The notes: generated by a model not told the origin, from the letters alone. A DNA stretch of 64,000 bases from Octopus vulgaris (GCA_951406725.2 OX597815.1:46624001-46688000); one strand, 5' to 3'. Positions 1 to 14,068 are shown, counted from the first letter of the stretch. Numbers and translations: made by a program.

Positions 1-1886
1 TTATGACAACAAAAGTCCTACGAAGTTACTCAAAAGCAGCCCTAACTTCGTCAAATGAGACAAAACTGCCTTAAAAATAATTAAAAGAAAAAAAAAATGG
101 AAATGTAACCTTTAATTTGATACACTAAATCCAAATAACAGAGAAAACGTTATGTTGAAACACACCGATCAAGACTCTACCGGGTCGAAATAACGACTTG
201 ACCTACATTTGAAAGGGGTCGTAGATAAAACAGAAAGATCCAAACCGTCTGCATATGTGGTCAACATAATTTTGTTGCCAGAATTAAACATCATTCTGCA
301 ACACCCAGATCCTATTATGTGCATAGTCATTATACGGAAAGGTACAAATGATGGAATTTCTACGTCTACTTACGGGAAAACAAACACCTCTCAAATCACA
401 TATTAGCAAGGTACATTGAGTAATATGATCATGAATGATCTGTGCTTGGGCAAAACACTGGATGGTCACGACTTGAATGCCTTTACTAATATTTACACCG
501 CTTTAGCAATCGGTGATGTTTGCTTACGTCCCGATGAAATAAGGACCGGACTTCAAAGAAAAAAAAAAACAAAAAAATGAATACTGGCGTTGATACGAGT
601 GACTGAATCTTTGCAGGCGTTGTCCCACTACGAACACAATCCAATGACTAATCAATAATGCAGTCAACACTTGAGTATTATTAAAACGCTTTCTCATCTC
701 ATCATCATTTAACGCCTGTTTTCCATGCTTGCACGGGTTGGAATGTTTGAGAGGAGCTGGTCAGCTGAAGAGCTGCCCGGGTTCCATGTCTGTTTTGGTA
801 TGGTTTCTACAGCTGGATGCCCTTACTAACACCAAAATATCAATAATAATAATGGCTTCAAATTTTGGCGCAAGGCCAGCAATTTTAAACATTGCCGAAG
901 GATATACGAAAAAATTAGTGAACGGTAACAACAGATGTAGAGCTAGGACAGAGTTCAAACATTTCTTTGTCACAAATATGGCCACCATCAGAAGGAATAG
1001 ATAGGAAAATGGAGAAAATGAAGTATACTCCTATTACATCACACGACACCCCTCAAGATAAACTAGGGCAAACGAGCAATCCTCAACATGATTGCGCTTT
1101 TTTGCTAAAATTAGTAGCCAAATTTTCCTCAAATTATACACCACTACTCGACTTCTTAAAATCACATAGGATATTGCAATCTTCGATTCATAGTGCATAT
1201 TAAAAAAAAGTGCTCTGCTAGAATGCCTTTGACCGAAGGTCTGCTCCATCGAGCTTGACTTGGAGCAAAATAACATCATCATCATGGAAAACATGTTTAC
1301 GCATACACGCATATAAACTTAACCCAACTATTTTACTCATTCAAAAAGCATTAAAAGAAAAATAAAGATATATGGAGATAGAAAAGACAGGTGAGAAAGA
1401 GCAAGTGAAAATGTGAATGAAAAAGAGAATGGCAAAACAGGGATGTGAAAACTGAGGAAGGAGAAAGAAGGGAGATAAAAACGGGAGAAGATAAATGACA
1501 GTGTGGATATGGTATATAACGAAAGGGCAAGAGGAGAAGAAAGACGAGAAGACAAACAACAAAGCAGCTAACTTGATATCATTGTAACAGAAGCGCTCCA
1601 AGACATCTAGACATTTCATCGGCATGCAATGATTCCTGCCTGCATGCAGCTAAAATATGTATCGCAGCTGTCACACAAACTGCAGTAATTGAACATTGAC
1701 AAACCCTTAATTTCAAAAACGTAAATTGTCACCGTTACTATATCTGCCATTGTTTAGCTCTACGGACTGGGCTTTGTACAAGACAATTTTCCCACGGATC
1801 GAGGAATCACGGGCATAACCAAACACAAAGTGTTTCATATATAATTTAATTATCACATATATAATAATACATATATATTACATATA

Positions 1887-2221
1887 CGAGCAAAACGCCC
1901 CCCGTCCAATGGACGGTGCTGAGTTGTCAAACATTTAAACCAAATTTTCTCAAAATAACTTGTCCAACCGTTCCAGAGAAACACTGATTTAACCTAAATT
2001 TGAGGCACCAGCAAAAGAAGAAATAAAGATAGACTTTTTTCTATTCCAAAGAAAAACGATTTTATTCACTGGAATCGATTTTTGTAATTTTTTCAAGACT
2101 TATACACGCTCTGATATCGTCGGTATCTACATATCAAATTTGAGCGCAATCGGATGGATGTTACCCGAGATCCTAGTAGACACACACACAGAGACAGACA
2201 GAACGGATTTTATATAATAGA
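1887..2221 (-). mobile_element. Non-autonomous Helitron
   Basis: Minus strand starts a|TCTATTATATAAAA at 2221 followed by a (TCTG)/(TG) microsatellite; 3' hairpin CCGTCCA-A-TGGACGG (1902-1916); ends CTCG|t. Same layout as 43629-44017. Confidence 0.65.
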
Positions 2222-4307
2222 TAATGAAAAAAAAAACAAAAAAAAAAAAAACACCCTACAGACTACGATACTCAATAGAATAGCAACAAAATGTTTAAAT
2301 ATATTCTTTTTGTGAGGCTCGGCACCAAATGGTACACAGCCTACTGGGTGGACCCCTAGTATGAAATGGTTAATTTCAGCATATAAATTATAATATAGAG
2401 AAATATGTTACACGCTTGCGCTTCTATTGTTCCCACTACCCAACACTTTCTTGTATTTTAACGGGCGCACGCGCACACACTTCTCTCTGAACTGCTTGTC
2501 TGAAGGACAGAAAAGTGGAAAAAAATTGATAAAGAAATAAACTAAATCTCCCAGTACAGTGAAGTGGAACCGAGATAGACAAAGTAAAGTTTATACATAC
2601 ATACATGCATGCATACATACATACATGTGTGTGTGTGTTCGGCAAAAGTTTCGAAGTGACTCAATGGCCGAAAGATTAATGAAATATTTTGCAAATTATA
2701 AGTAAACCTTGAAAACACACACACACACATACATACACACACACACAGAGGCTTCCGTACAGTTCGCAGAAACGAAGTTTCACTTAGCCACGAGGTCTGC
2801 GTGCGTCTTCTATGTTGGAAGACACTGACCTCATGTGCTGCGCAGTGGATCCTGACCTGGAACCATATAGTTGGAAAGAGAACTTAACAAAACAAAAAAG
2901 ACGGGATGGTCACAGTTAGGTTGTCTTTGAGCATTAGCCTATTCAAGCAAATCTGATGTGAGCGTTTAAAAATAAAATCAACAATGTGTGTGTGTGTGTG
3001 TGTGTGTGTACACTTTATCAACATTTAGAAGCAGCACTTTGTAGAAGACATTTTTTGTGACAGTCAACAGGCCTGGCTTTCGGATACGCGAGAAACCTTG
3101 ACAAGCTCATTTCTTCTCCCTCCCAACCATTTTTTTTTTCTTTTTAGAGGTTATGTGGCGTGTGACAAATTACTTCCTTAGTTTAACATGTATAAAAAAT
3201 AAATAAATAAATAAATTACATACAGAAGGAAAAAAAAATCCAAACAAATAAATAAATAACAGAAGAAAAATTTCATCAACAAAACCCGTACAACTTAGCA
3301 TGTAAGAGACTGTTTTGCGCAGAAGCTTGTATTTGACACAGAATGATTGATGAGAGTTTGTTGCTAACCAGAGAGAATTCTGAGGTGTGAATTACAGATT
3401 CTGTTCACAAATTCTAACACGAAATGGTATTACAGCAAATTTGAAGTACAGCCGTAGATAAAAATAAATTAACACCATCGCCAATATCTACAGTAAAACT
3501 TTGGAGATATATTATAGCCGTAGTTCGGACTGCGTGTCTTTTTTTTCTCCCTCTTCCATCCACCAAAATTTCAGAGCCCGATAAAATATGGAACCGGCTT
3601 AGTACTGGAATCGATTTAAACACGATTTTGTTTGTGACACCTTCTTGAATGTGGTCCTCAGCTTAGAAGTCACTGCTGCGGTGGATTGGTAGAATTAGTA
3701 AAACGCTGGATAAATTTGCTTTACGATATATTTTAGCCTATTAACATTTATTTTTTGAGTTCAAATCCAAGCCAAAACCGACTTTGTTTTTTATTTTTTC
3801 AGGGATCAATCTCTCTGTCACACACAATTTTCATGCTACATTTTGGATAAATCAAAATTAAACCTAAAAACACAAACATTATGAGGCCTTAAAGCTTGGA
3901 ACATTGTGAGATTTCAGGCAATAAAGATGTTGCGATATTCTGTGTGTATGTGTGTGTTACATATTTCAGTCATTGAACTGAAGCCACGCTGATGCACCGT
4001 CTCGAAGGATTTAAAGAAAAAGGGTTGATATAATTTTTAGGCGCAGGCGTGGCTGTATAAAAAGCTTGCTTCCCAACTACATGGTTCCGGTTGTCTTAAT
4101 ATAGCCACGGGCTGACAAAGCATTGATCGGTCTGGGGTTACACAGAGAAAGAAATTTGTCTAAGACGCCATGCAATGGGGACAGAACATGAAATCACATG
4201 TATTAAACACAGCACACTACTTACATAGAGGGGCCGATTAAATCGGCCTTACTACTTACTCATCATCTTTTCATAAAGATTATTATTATTATAATTATTA
4301 AAAGTGT

Positions 4308-4685
4308 GGACAGGAGTGGCTGTGTGGTAAGTAGCTTGCTTACTAACCACATGGTTCCGGGTTCAGTCCCACTGCGTGGCACCTTGGGCAAGTGTCTTCT
4401 ATTATAGTTTCGAGCCGACCAAAGCCTAGTGAGTGGATTTGGTAGACGGGAACTGAAAGAGCCCGTCGTGTGTGAGTGTGTGTCTGTGTTTATCCCCCCA
4501 CCATCGCCTGACAACCGATGCTGGTGTTTATGTCCCCGTAACCTAGCGGTTCGGCAAAAGAGACCGATAAAATAAGTACTAGGTTTACAAAGAATAAGTT
4601 CTGGGGTAGCTTTGTTCGACTAAAGGCGGTGCTCCAGCATGGCCACAGTCAAATAACTGAAACGAATAAAAGGAGTAAAAGAGTA
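4308..4685 (+). mobile_element. tRNA-derived SINE family A (octopus OK/OR-type; exact name not assigned)
   Basis: A-box-like TGGCTGTGTGG, B-box-like GGTTCAGTCCC, conserved body and GTAAAAGA tail; more than 12 related copies in the window. Confidence 0.85.
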
Positions 4686-4739
4686 TATTGTCGTTAGAAT
4701 ATCAAATAGTACCTTACTATATATTCCTTTCACTCCTTA

Positions 4740-5510
4740 TCGCCCCGAGTTCAAATCCTGCCGAGGTCAATTTTGTTTTTTTATCAGTTCGGGATCGAAG
4801 TAATCGACTTCACCAGCAGCAAATTTGCTCGCCTTGTGCCAAAATGAGGATTATTATTATTATTAAAGGAAACGAGGTCGCAGAATAGTTAGCACGTCGG
4901 GCAAAATGCTTAGCGCCATTTCTTCCGTCTTTGTGTTCTGGGTTCAAATTCCACCGAGGTCCACTTTTCCTTTCAGGCTTGATAGAATAAGTACCAATTG
5001 AACACTGTGGATCGATGTAACCGACTCATCTCACCGCCCCACCGAAATAGCTAGCCTTGTGTCAAAATTTGAAATCTTTATTATTATCGAAGGCGGCGAG
5101 CTGGCAGAAACGTGAGCACGCCAGGAGAAATACTGCTGAGTTCAAATTCTGCCGAGATCGACTTTGCCTTTAATCCTTTCGGGGGTCGATTAAATAAGTA
5201 ACAGTTGCGCACTGGGATAGATGTAATCAACTTAATTCTTTCCCCCAAATTTCAGGCTTTGTGTTTACAGTAAAGATTATTATGGAGGCGGCGAGCTGGC
5301 AGAATCGTTAGCACGCCGGGCGAAATGCTTAGCAGTATTTCATCTGCCGCAACGTTTTGAGTTCAAATTCCGCCGTGGTTGACTTTGCCTGTCATCCTTT
5401 TGGGGTCGAAAAAATAAGTACCAGTGGAGTACAAGGGTCGATGTGATTGTCTCCCTCCCCACAAAATCCAGGCCTTGTGCCTATAGTAGGAAAGATTATT
5501 ATTATTAATT
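4740..5510 (+). mobile_element. Head-to-tail cluster of SINE family B (3 near-complete copies plus 1 partial)
   Basis: Repeated GGCGGCGAGCTGGCAGAA..GAGTTCAAATTCCGCCGAGGTCGACTTTGCC..AAGTACCAG units, each ending in (ATT)n and followed directly by the next copy. Confidence 0.85.
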
Positions 5511-5687
5511 AATTATAAATTATTTTGTAGACAGATCACACAGAATAGAAATCTGCCGATCATGACATCAAAGAGAGAGAGAGGGAGAGAGAGAGAGAGG
5601 GGGGAGAGAGAGAAAGCGTAAAGCTGGGAACGAACATAGAAATACGATGAAGAATGAACTACATGCGCGCTCCCGTACCGTACAAAC

Positions 5688-5732
<45 letters not shown>

Positions 5733-6465
5733 AAGCGATGTTCATTGCTAAAAGACAAAAAGTCTCCTCTTTTAATTACATACAGTAGTTCAACAATGAC
5801 AAGACCTTCCCTTCCAAAATAGATATTTAATTACTCCAAACATGTTGTAAGAGCGCATTACACATCAACCAAAACGACATCATCACCAGTATGATTAATA
5901 ATTCTTCTAGCATCATCACCATTACCAGCATCAACTTCATCATTATGTAAGATGAATAACTTTATTTCCTTCACATAGTAACTATCTTTTTCTTTGTAGC
6001 TGTGTTTTGTTTTTGGTTACTGCTTGTTTGTGCTTAATTTTTTATTTTTATTTTTGCGTTCTTTCTAAAAATAAGAACAAACAATCTCACACTAAATGTA
6101 GTATCCTATATACAGCCACAGGTTATACATAAGAAACTACGAGAATTGGTGGCGGGGAGTAATAATAACATGTAATGATTAGGGCTATATAACCATACAC
6201 ACACATGTTTCTTCTCTTACCTCCGTCTGGCCCCTCAACCACCGCTCTAACCTCAACTTAAAGTAGAAAACTAAAAATATACGAAATAAAATAAATGAAT
6301 GAATAGTATAAAAAAAAAAAAAAAAAAAAAGAAACAAATATACCAAGACCAAAAAACGAAACATTATTTTCATATCAGCTACATATCCAGAGGTTAGAAT
6401 CAATTTTGCTTGTTTTCTTTCATTTTTTTTTTATTTATTAATTCCATTATCATCATCATCATCAC

Positions 6466-6508
<43 letters not shown>

Positions 6509-7054
6509 ACTACATTTTAACGCTGATAAGTCTGTAAGGGTTTTATATACAGGAAATTGCAGTCAACGGTGTGAGTGTGTTTGTGCCGTTACCCACCCGT
6601 CGTGAAAACACCTAGCCAACAACGGCAGCAGCAGCATCACCACCACCACAACTACTAACAGCAGCCTCAACCATCATCACAATCATAAACAACCACCACA
6701 AACGGCAAATCGTGTGTGTGTGTATGTGTGTGTGTGTGTGTGTGCCATGGATAGACTGAAGGTTTTTACAGCAGAGGAAATTACGGCATTTCCAACATGT
6801 CGAATGCAATGTTTCGTATCAAAACCATTATTAATACAAGCTAGTCGAATGTAATGACAAACAATAGCCGACGGGTGGTAGAGATGGCGGCGGTGGTGGT
6901 GGTGGTGGTGGTGCACATGGCGGTGATAACATTGGATATAACATAGTTAGACCTAGTTTGTGTGTGTGTGTGCTATTTTATATGCTCAAACGCTCTAAAG
7001 ATACTGGAATAATATCAAAGCTTCTAGAATTATAAAAATTCCAAGCATTATCAA

Positions 7055-7112
<58 letters not shown>

Positions 7113-7117
<5 letters not shown>

Positions 7118-7486
7118 TAATAATAGATATTAGGGAATAAATCCAAATTTACAGGGAAAAATCAGATTTAGGATTGAATCCAATTTTATAGTAAAATATT
7201 ATATTATATTAAATTAGAGACAAAACCACTATTATGCAAATCAAACAAAGAAAGACTTAAGCCAATACATAAAATAATTTATATAAATTAAAATTTAACA
7301 GTTTAAAACTCGCCAAGAAGGTTTTGAAACCACCTGAAGAATGTCTCAAAGATGTGCTGACACGAAACGATCGTAGTGGTTATTTATAATTGTTAAATTT
7401 TAATTTATATAAATTATTTTATGTATTGGCTTAAGTCTTTCTTTGTTTGATTTGCATAATAGTGGTTTTGTCTCTAATTTACTATA

Positions 7487-7490
<4 letters not shown>
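7113..7490. mobile_element. Fold-back Penelope-like pLTR remnant inserted in (TA)n
   Basis: Perfect 90-bp inverted arms at 7211-7300 and 7391-7480 enclose the hammerhead; long (TA)n tracts lie on both sides. Confidence 0.7.
7328..7381 (+). ncRNA. Minimal type I hammerhead ribozyme with canonical core
   Basis: Stem I AACCAC(7328-33)/GTGGTT(7376-81); core CTGAAGA 7334-40; stem II TGTC/GACA with A.C at its base; GAAA 7364-67; palindromic stem III CGATCG; GUA cleavage triplet ending at 7375. Confidence 0.85.
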
Positions 7491-7575
<85 letters not shown>

Positions 7576-9087
7576 AATATAACATTAACCTTCCGCATCG
7601 AGCCAATGTGGCAAAAACCTCTACGCAGTCTCGTCCTACTGGAAACAACAGTCAGTTCTGCCTCATAGAGCACACACGCAGTCGCACATAACGTGTGAGG
7701 CGAAATGGTAAAAACAAACATGGTAATCAGAGCTTGAGGACCGACAAGAAATACAATCGTACATTGTTAGAACTAATATATCACCATCATCATGTTTTAT
7801 CGTCCATTTACATGACTTCCATTGTCGGACGAGATGCGTGGAAAAAATTTTTTTTAAAGAACGGATACCCTTCCTATCGCCAACTCTCACTTGTATCCGA
7901 GCAAGGTAATATTCCCCCCATGGTAGCCTATGTTTTCACGGAAGACCAGAAAGGATTTACTATTTCTACTAAAGTGACGCTCATTCTTTTGTTATATGTA
8001 TGTATGCTGCGTGATGCCTATGCATGTAGACACTAACACACTCAAATATACTTACATAATACAGGTTTCTTTCAACCAAATCCACATAGAAGGCTTTATT
8101 CGATCCAGTGTTATAATACAAGATACTTGCTTAATCAAGTGAAACTGAACCTGAGACTACATGCTTGAAAAACTAACTTCTAAACTATTTCCATATGCAT
8201 TGATTACAAATAGTTTTGCAATGGAGAGTAGAATGTTTCGTTGAAGAGGTCTTGCAAGGCTGAAACATCCGCTGCTTTCACGAAAGACTGCACTTACTAT
8301 AGTTTCCAAAAATCCTTGTTAACTCTGATAATCACAACAACACCAAGAAGCTACTTTTTATGTGAAAATGAAGTATTTTAATGTGAATGTTATTTGCACA
8401 CTCCGAGAATTTCCTAGAGAACTATTGGGTTAATGGTTAAGAAAGAATACAAAAACGTTGCTAAGCTGTTACAAGGGAGAACCTTCAACAGGCACGACTA
8501 AAACGTATTGTTGCGTAGCTTAACAGCAAGTCACGCTTCCAGGCATCAACCATTCTACTTCTTTCAGAGCAAGAACACAATGCGTTGTTCTGGCTCTGTA
8601 CACCATTGCAAATACAGCCGACGTCAACTTCGCATTACATTCTTTGGAGAAGGATAAAATAAAGCATCGCCACCACCAGTCCAGAGCGGAGATGTGTTAG
8701 AACTGAAACAACCTATCTCGTTCGACGCGCTAACCATTCCACTGAGTTCTTGAATGGTAAAACAATCCATCGGCTGGTTTAACACGGCCACTGTCCTTGG
8801 GGCGCCTTTAGCGAAAATCACTTTATTGCAAGCTTTTAGGACGCATCTCCCAGTTTGAAGATGATTTTAAAAACCTGCTTCTCACTAGCCTCAGCAGCCT
8901 TATACATACATCTCACTACTGTCGATGGTGTTAGGGTCGATTGGGGAGCTGGCAGACGACTTAATAGGCCAAACTCTTGTACGCTGCCCCTAAACACAGA
9001 TTTAGATCTAACCCTCTAGAAGTGTAAACCCTACCTAGCAGTCTGCCTCTCAATCCACTATATATATTTTCCTTTCCTTATATATAT

Positions 9088-9128
9088 ATATTACCGGTTT
9101 CGATGAGTATGTCCACCGTATCAAATAT
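9088..9128 (-). ncRNA. Hammerhead-like motif with non-canonical UUGAUAC core
   Basis: Minus strand reads ATAT-TTGATAC-GGTG(gacatact)CATC-GAAA-CCGG-TA-ATAT. All three stems and the GUA site are present; it abuts a TA tract. Confidence 0.5.
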
Positions 9129-12070
9129 TAGGAAATAAGACAAAAATTAGACCTTAAAAGTCTGTTCCCATTATTAAGAATACGCGCGCGCACACACGTT
9201 ATCATGGGCACTATCTTTCCTTTTCTGACTAAGCGTAAGGAAAAACAAAATCCAGAACATTACCCAATACATCCTTCTTTTAAAGTGATAAAGTAATTTG
9301 ATGGAAATTTGGTTACTATTCCAAGCTAATCGAGTGACTACCTTGTGGCCTACTTCCACTACGGTTCCGTTAAAAAGTATTTGTTTGGCAGTGGTGGATG
9401 ACAAGAGATCTTCGTTTTTTTTTTATTTACCCCGAAGTGTGCAGTCAAGTGTCTGTTGGGAGGTCGAGCTGACACGCACTGAAGGGTCTCCGAGTTAAAT
9501 TACGATCAAAGCGAGATCTCTAACCTTCTTTTTTCTTCATTCGTTTTATGGAAAACAAAAATATTTATTTCCAAAAAGACTAATTATCTTGCGCAACGTC
9601 ACATGCTACCATCAACACTGTAACAACAAGAAAGTTGATGAGCGTGTCAGCTTGCATCGAGCGTTAGTGAAAAAATGCGATGATCCCTAGTGCAGGTGGT
9701 GTCAACGAGGGGACTTAGAGAGTAGAGGAACCAGACAGTAATAAACCGGTCAAAAATAATTACTACAAACTTGAAAAAGGTTTTGTAATAGAAAAAAAAA
9801 AAGAGGTGAAAAATAAAAAGAAAGTTGGGTGGTAGGGATAGGGGGTGAAGAATTTAATTAACTGGAATCAACCTAAATTAAATCCCATGATAAAACGGAA
9901 ACCGATGATAGTTTTAAATGTTGGTTAGTTTACAGTAACGGCTAATATTAATTAATACACGAATCAAAGAGTGAGTGTCTATACTGAGTCATTCCACCAG
10001 CTAGAAACTGCAGTTCAAATTAACCTGAAACGTACACCGTTTTTTTTCTCTTCTTTTTAAGGAAGGACACATTAGATAATGTTGTAATAAATATATCATG
10101 TCTGAATATAAAAAAAAAAAACGGGATGGTCTCGGCTGGAATGCCTAATTGTTATTGGACCTACCTGATGCAAAAAAAAGAAGAAAAAGGATCTCCGTCG
10201 GTTTTGACGATGACAAGTTGTTCGATCGGCTAAACAACCAAGTCATTAAATTAATGTGGATGTGGTCGAAAATTCCACAGACACAAGTACTCTAGATATA
10301 ATTCTCAGATGGAGTCAGCCTCATACAGGATATGAGAAGGCTAGATGCAATTACAGATGCAATCTATTTGATGAACTTCTACACAGTTTCCGTCCCAAGT
10401 TCACTCACAAGAGACGTGGGCCAATCAAAGACTGTTGTAAAAAAACACTCAAAATGCTACGAAGTGGTATCGAACAAAGAACCTCGTGATAGCAGAGCGA
10501 ACATCTTGACTATTCGGCCATGCAACATCAATAACACCAATTCAGTAAAGGATTTAATCAATGGCAGATCTTGGTAGATCGATGGACAGAATACCTTACC
10601 GTAATATATCACACATCAAGTTCGAATCGAAGTGAGGGTAATTCTACCTTTCATCTTCCAGAAATTGATTAAATAAACACCGATCAAGAATTGGAACAAA
10701 TAAGCTCATTGTGCCCTCTCCTTCCTCAGATTCGTGGCCATTTGCCAATTATAGAAACCTAAGATCGATGATAAATACACAACTCAAATATTGGGGCCGG
10801 TTTAGTTGACAACTTGTGCCTATCCATATTAGGGATCAATGGGAGAAAATATCTATTGCAAATAAATACCACAGAATATAAACATTGAGGTTCATTTAAC
10901 TCGATATCAGACTCCACTTATTGTTGTCGATACGGAGGACAGGCAAACCTATGATCAGAGACGTTCAGGTAGTGACCATCTCGTGTTTCCTTCTAGGATT
11001 ACATTATCTAATGTGTCATTCGTCATAAGACAATAGGGTGTACTTAAAGGAGATATATCTGGTTGCTGCTTGTCGTAGCTGAAGCGACCACGAAAAAGAC
11101 TACCGCACTGGCTGATCATCTAGTTGACGGGTTGCCGTCTTTTGGCTCCAGTGCAGCCTTATGATCGAAGTCCTAATCACAGCCATTCCCTTATTCAAAC
11201 TAGTTTTGTTTGGTATTTTAAACAGATCGAGCAACTAAGTCGACAGCCCATCTTTGATTTGCCGTCAATCTGGTTTTGTCATTTCAGTTATTTCGAATAA
11301 AATTTCATTGACAGAAGACATATAAACACATGTAAAGAGACAAATATAACTTCACGAGATATGAAGATAGTAGCAATTCTATTTTAACATGTTTCAATTA
11401 AACCATGAGGGGGAGGATGTAGGATATTGATGCGTGTTATAAAGGTCAACGATCTGCAAAAGCACATACGAGGAATCAAGCTGTCGCTTTATATTGAGAC
11501 AAAGCAGCCAAATCCCGTAAACCAAATCTCGTTTGAAGTTGCTTTATAGCATAAAGATGAAACATCAAAGAAGTTGTTGCTCGCTTTTAGAGTAAAAAAA
11601 AAAAGCATCTCGTAAGCAACATCCAACTGTCTTAGAAAAAAAAAATCAAAAATTAAGGGAAAGACGGATGGATACGTTGAGTAATGGACTCCGGGTAACT
11701 GCGCCATCGCTGACAAATAGCCATAGTTTGAACACCTTTGATCAGAAGGTCGGCCATATTTCACATGAACGACTTGGAGCTAAACAACAACAGCAGCAAT
11801 TCTGATCATTTGAACGAAATTGAAGATTGGAGAGGGAGAGAGAGAGAGAGAGAGGAGGGAGAGGAAACAAACGCACATCAACAAAGGAAAAAGTGTTGAG
11901 ATGAAGATGAGGAAGGTAAAAGCCGTGGAGGGAAACGAGGGAATAGGTTGGGGGTATGGAAGAAAAGAGCGAGAGAAAGATATAAAGTGGAGGGATAGTG
12001 TAACAGGAAGGTGCGGATTTTGAATACTCTCTTCCCAGAGGCAATCCCCACAAAAAAAACCCAACAAAAC

Positions 12071-12128
<58 letters not shown>

Positions 12129-13058
12129 ATAAAAACAATAGCAAAAGGAAACCTTTACTAAAACACGCCACCCACTTTCAGGTCTAATTCACTAAAATAA
12201 CAATGACTAGATTGAATACAGACCAGAAATTTCCGAAGCTTACTGATTGTTCGAGAAAACGTGAGTGGAGTAGCGGGAGTGGAGAGGAAGAAAGTGGAGG
12301 GAAAAGATGAGGCAGGAAAACATGGCGACGGTCTGTTTTGTTAAGGAAATTTAAGATGAAAAAAGGTAAGGCAGTCAAAACCACACTTCCGGTTTGCTTG
12401 GCAGTGAGTAACTAATCCGCTGTGGCTAGCTAGCTAAGCAGGATTATATTGTGAAAGACAGTATAGGTAGGTAACCTGTATATGAATGAATGAATGATGG
12501 AATGAATGTGTACTTATGCATTGGCGCGTTGCTTGAAAGTATGTATACACACATGAATGTGAGCAAGTATTTGTGGATGCGCGCATATATATATGCGTGC
12601 TGGTGAGTTTGTATGTGTGAGAGAAAAAGTAGAACAAGTTGATACGGAAGATATGCTAAGAAAAATAGCAGACCAAGTAGATAAGGAAGATATATGCTAA
12701 TACGTGTTACTATGGTAAAGTGCAACTGAAAAGGAAGAAGGTCCATCAACTTATGAAAACAACTCACTGTTGAAACTGAAAGTCCCGACGTTAGAGAGAG
12801 AAGAGAGAGAGAGAGAGGGGAGGGAGAGAGAGAGAGATAGAGAGAGAAAATCTCATTGTCTATTTTTTTCAGTCAAATCTTCCCCAACTGCGTATTGTTC
12901 AATTCGAAAACCAAAGCAGCATGGAGCAGTTCAATGGTTTAAAACTTTCTTTTTACAATCTCATTAAAAGGAAAAGCGAATAAACGCTGAACCACTAAAA
13001 GCGAGAAAAAGAGTAGTTCTCCAATCAATCAACCACTCAATCTATCTGTGTCTATCCA

Positions 13059-13286
13059 CGAGCTGGCAGACACGTTAGCGCGCCGGGCGGAATGCTTAGC
13101 GGTATTTCGTCTGTCGTTACGTTCTGAGTTCAAATTCCGCCGAGGTCGACTTTGCCTTTCATCCTTTCGGGGTCGATAAATAAAAGTACCAGTTTCGCAC
13201 TGGGGTCGATGTAATCGACTTAATCCCTTTGTCTGTCCTTGTTTATCCTCTCTATGTTTAGCCCCTTGTGGGCAATAAAGAAATAA

Positions 13287-13287
<1 letters not shown>
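13059..13287 (+). mobile_element. SINE family B, long-tail variant
   Basis: Family B head plus GTCTGTCCTTGTTT..TAGCCCCTTGTGGGCAATAAAGAAATA tail. Confidence 0.85.
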
Positions 13288-13325
<38 letters not shown>

Positions 13326-14027
13326 AAATATATGCATACACACATTTGTTTATGCACATAATTATATATAAATATACACAATACGTGTAAATATATTTAC
13401 TATATATATATATATATATAGGACATGTATTATGCAGATAATACGTATTAGCCCGCATGTATACACATGTGTATATGTAATTAAGGAAGGACGCCCATCA
13501 CCACTATTTAGTTCTATATCAGGGCTTGGTGCCTGTCAACGTTTTGTTGTATCTTAGAGACCATTGGTGGCAGTGATGAGAAACATGACATAAATTACCG
13601 ATTGTAAGGAAGCAGCCACAACCCCTGGGTTATATTCAAAGCGGAAGGCCCAGTCCAAACATTTGTAACAAAGTGGACCCTGCTAATGGCACCTAAGGGC
13701 CAGATGGTGGCTAGAACCCTGGCGATAAATTAAATCTATCAGCCAAGACGAAATACAGTCTACCCATCTGGTTACCGCATAAGGAGACTCGTGTCCGGCT
13801 TTAATGACTGTACATGTAGCCTTCAAGTTGTATTTCTAAAATTTTCTTAAAATTATGCATAATAAATCACTCGAAAAACACTAAGTAAAAATAACATAAT
13901 TCTAAAAGATCTTTTAATGTGAGCGCAAAAAGTTTTCAAGATGAAATCTGATATTTTTAATTGAAGAAACCTGAGCGCTGGTTACTCCCATAGATGCACA
14001 CATACTCTGAAAAATAAATAAATAAAA

Positions 14028-14068
<41 letters not shown>

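Noticed and set aside
4308-4385. tRNA-like A/B boxes at SINE heads (also 18425-18495)
   Set aside because: They are SINE promoters followed by SINE bodies, not cloverleaf tRNA genes.
6775-6828. Minus-strand TTGATAC..AACAT/ATGTT..GAAA..GTA motif
   Set aside because: Stems I and III do not pair convincingly.
8232-8275. TTGAAGA-GGTCTT/AAGGCT-GAAA motif
   Set aside because: No stem III, cleavage site or stem I.
9467-9652. 11-bp inverted repeat AGCTGACACGC/GCGTGTCAGCT
   Set aside because: Short, no TSD and no second copy; compatible with chance.
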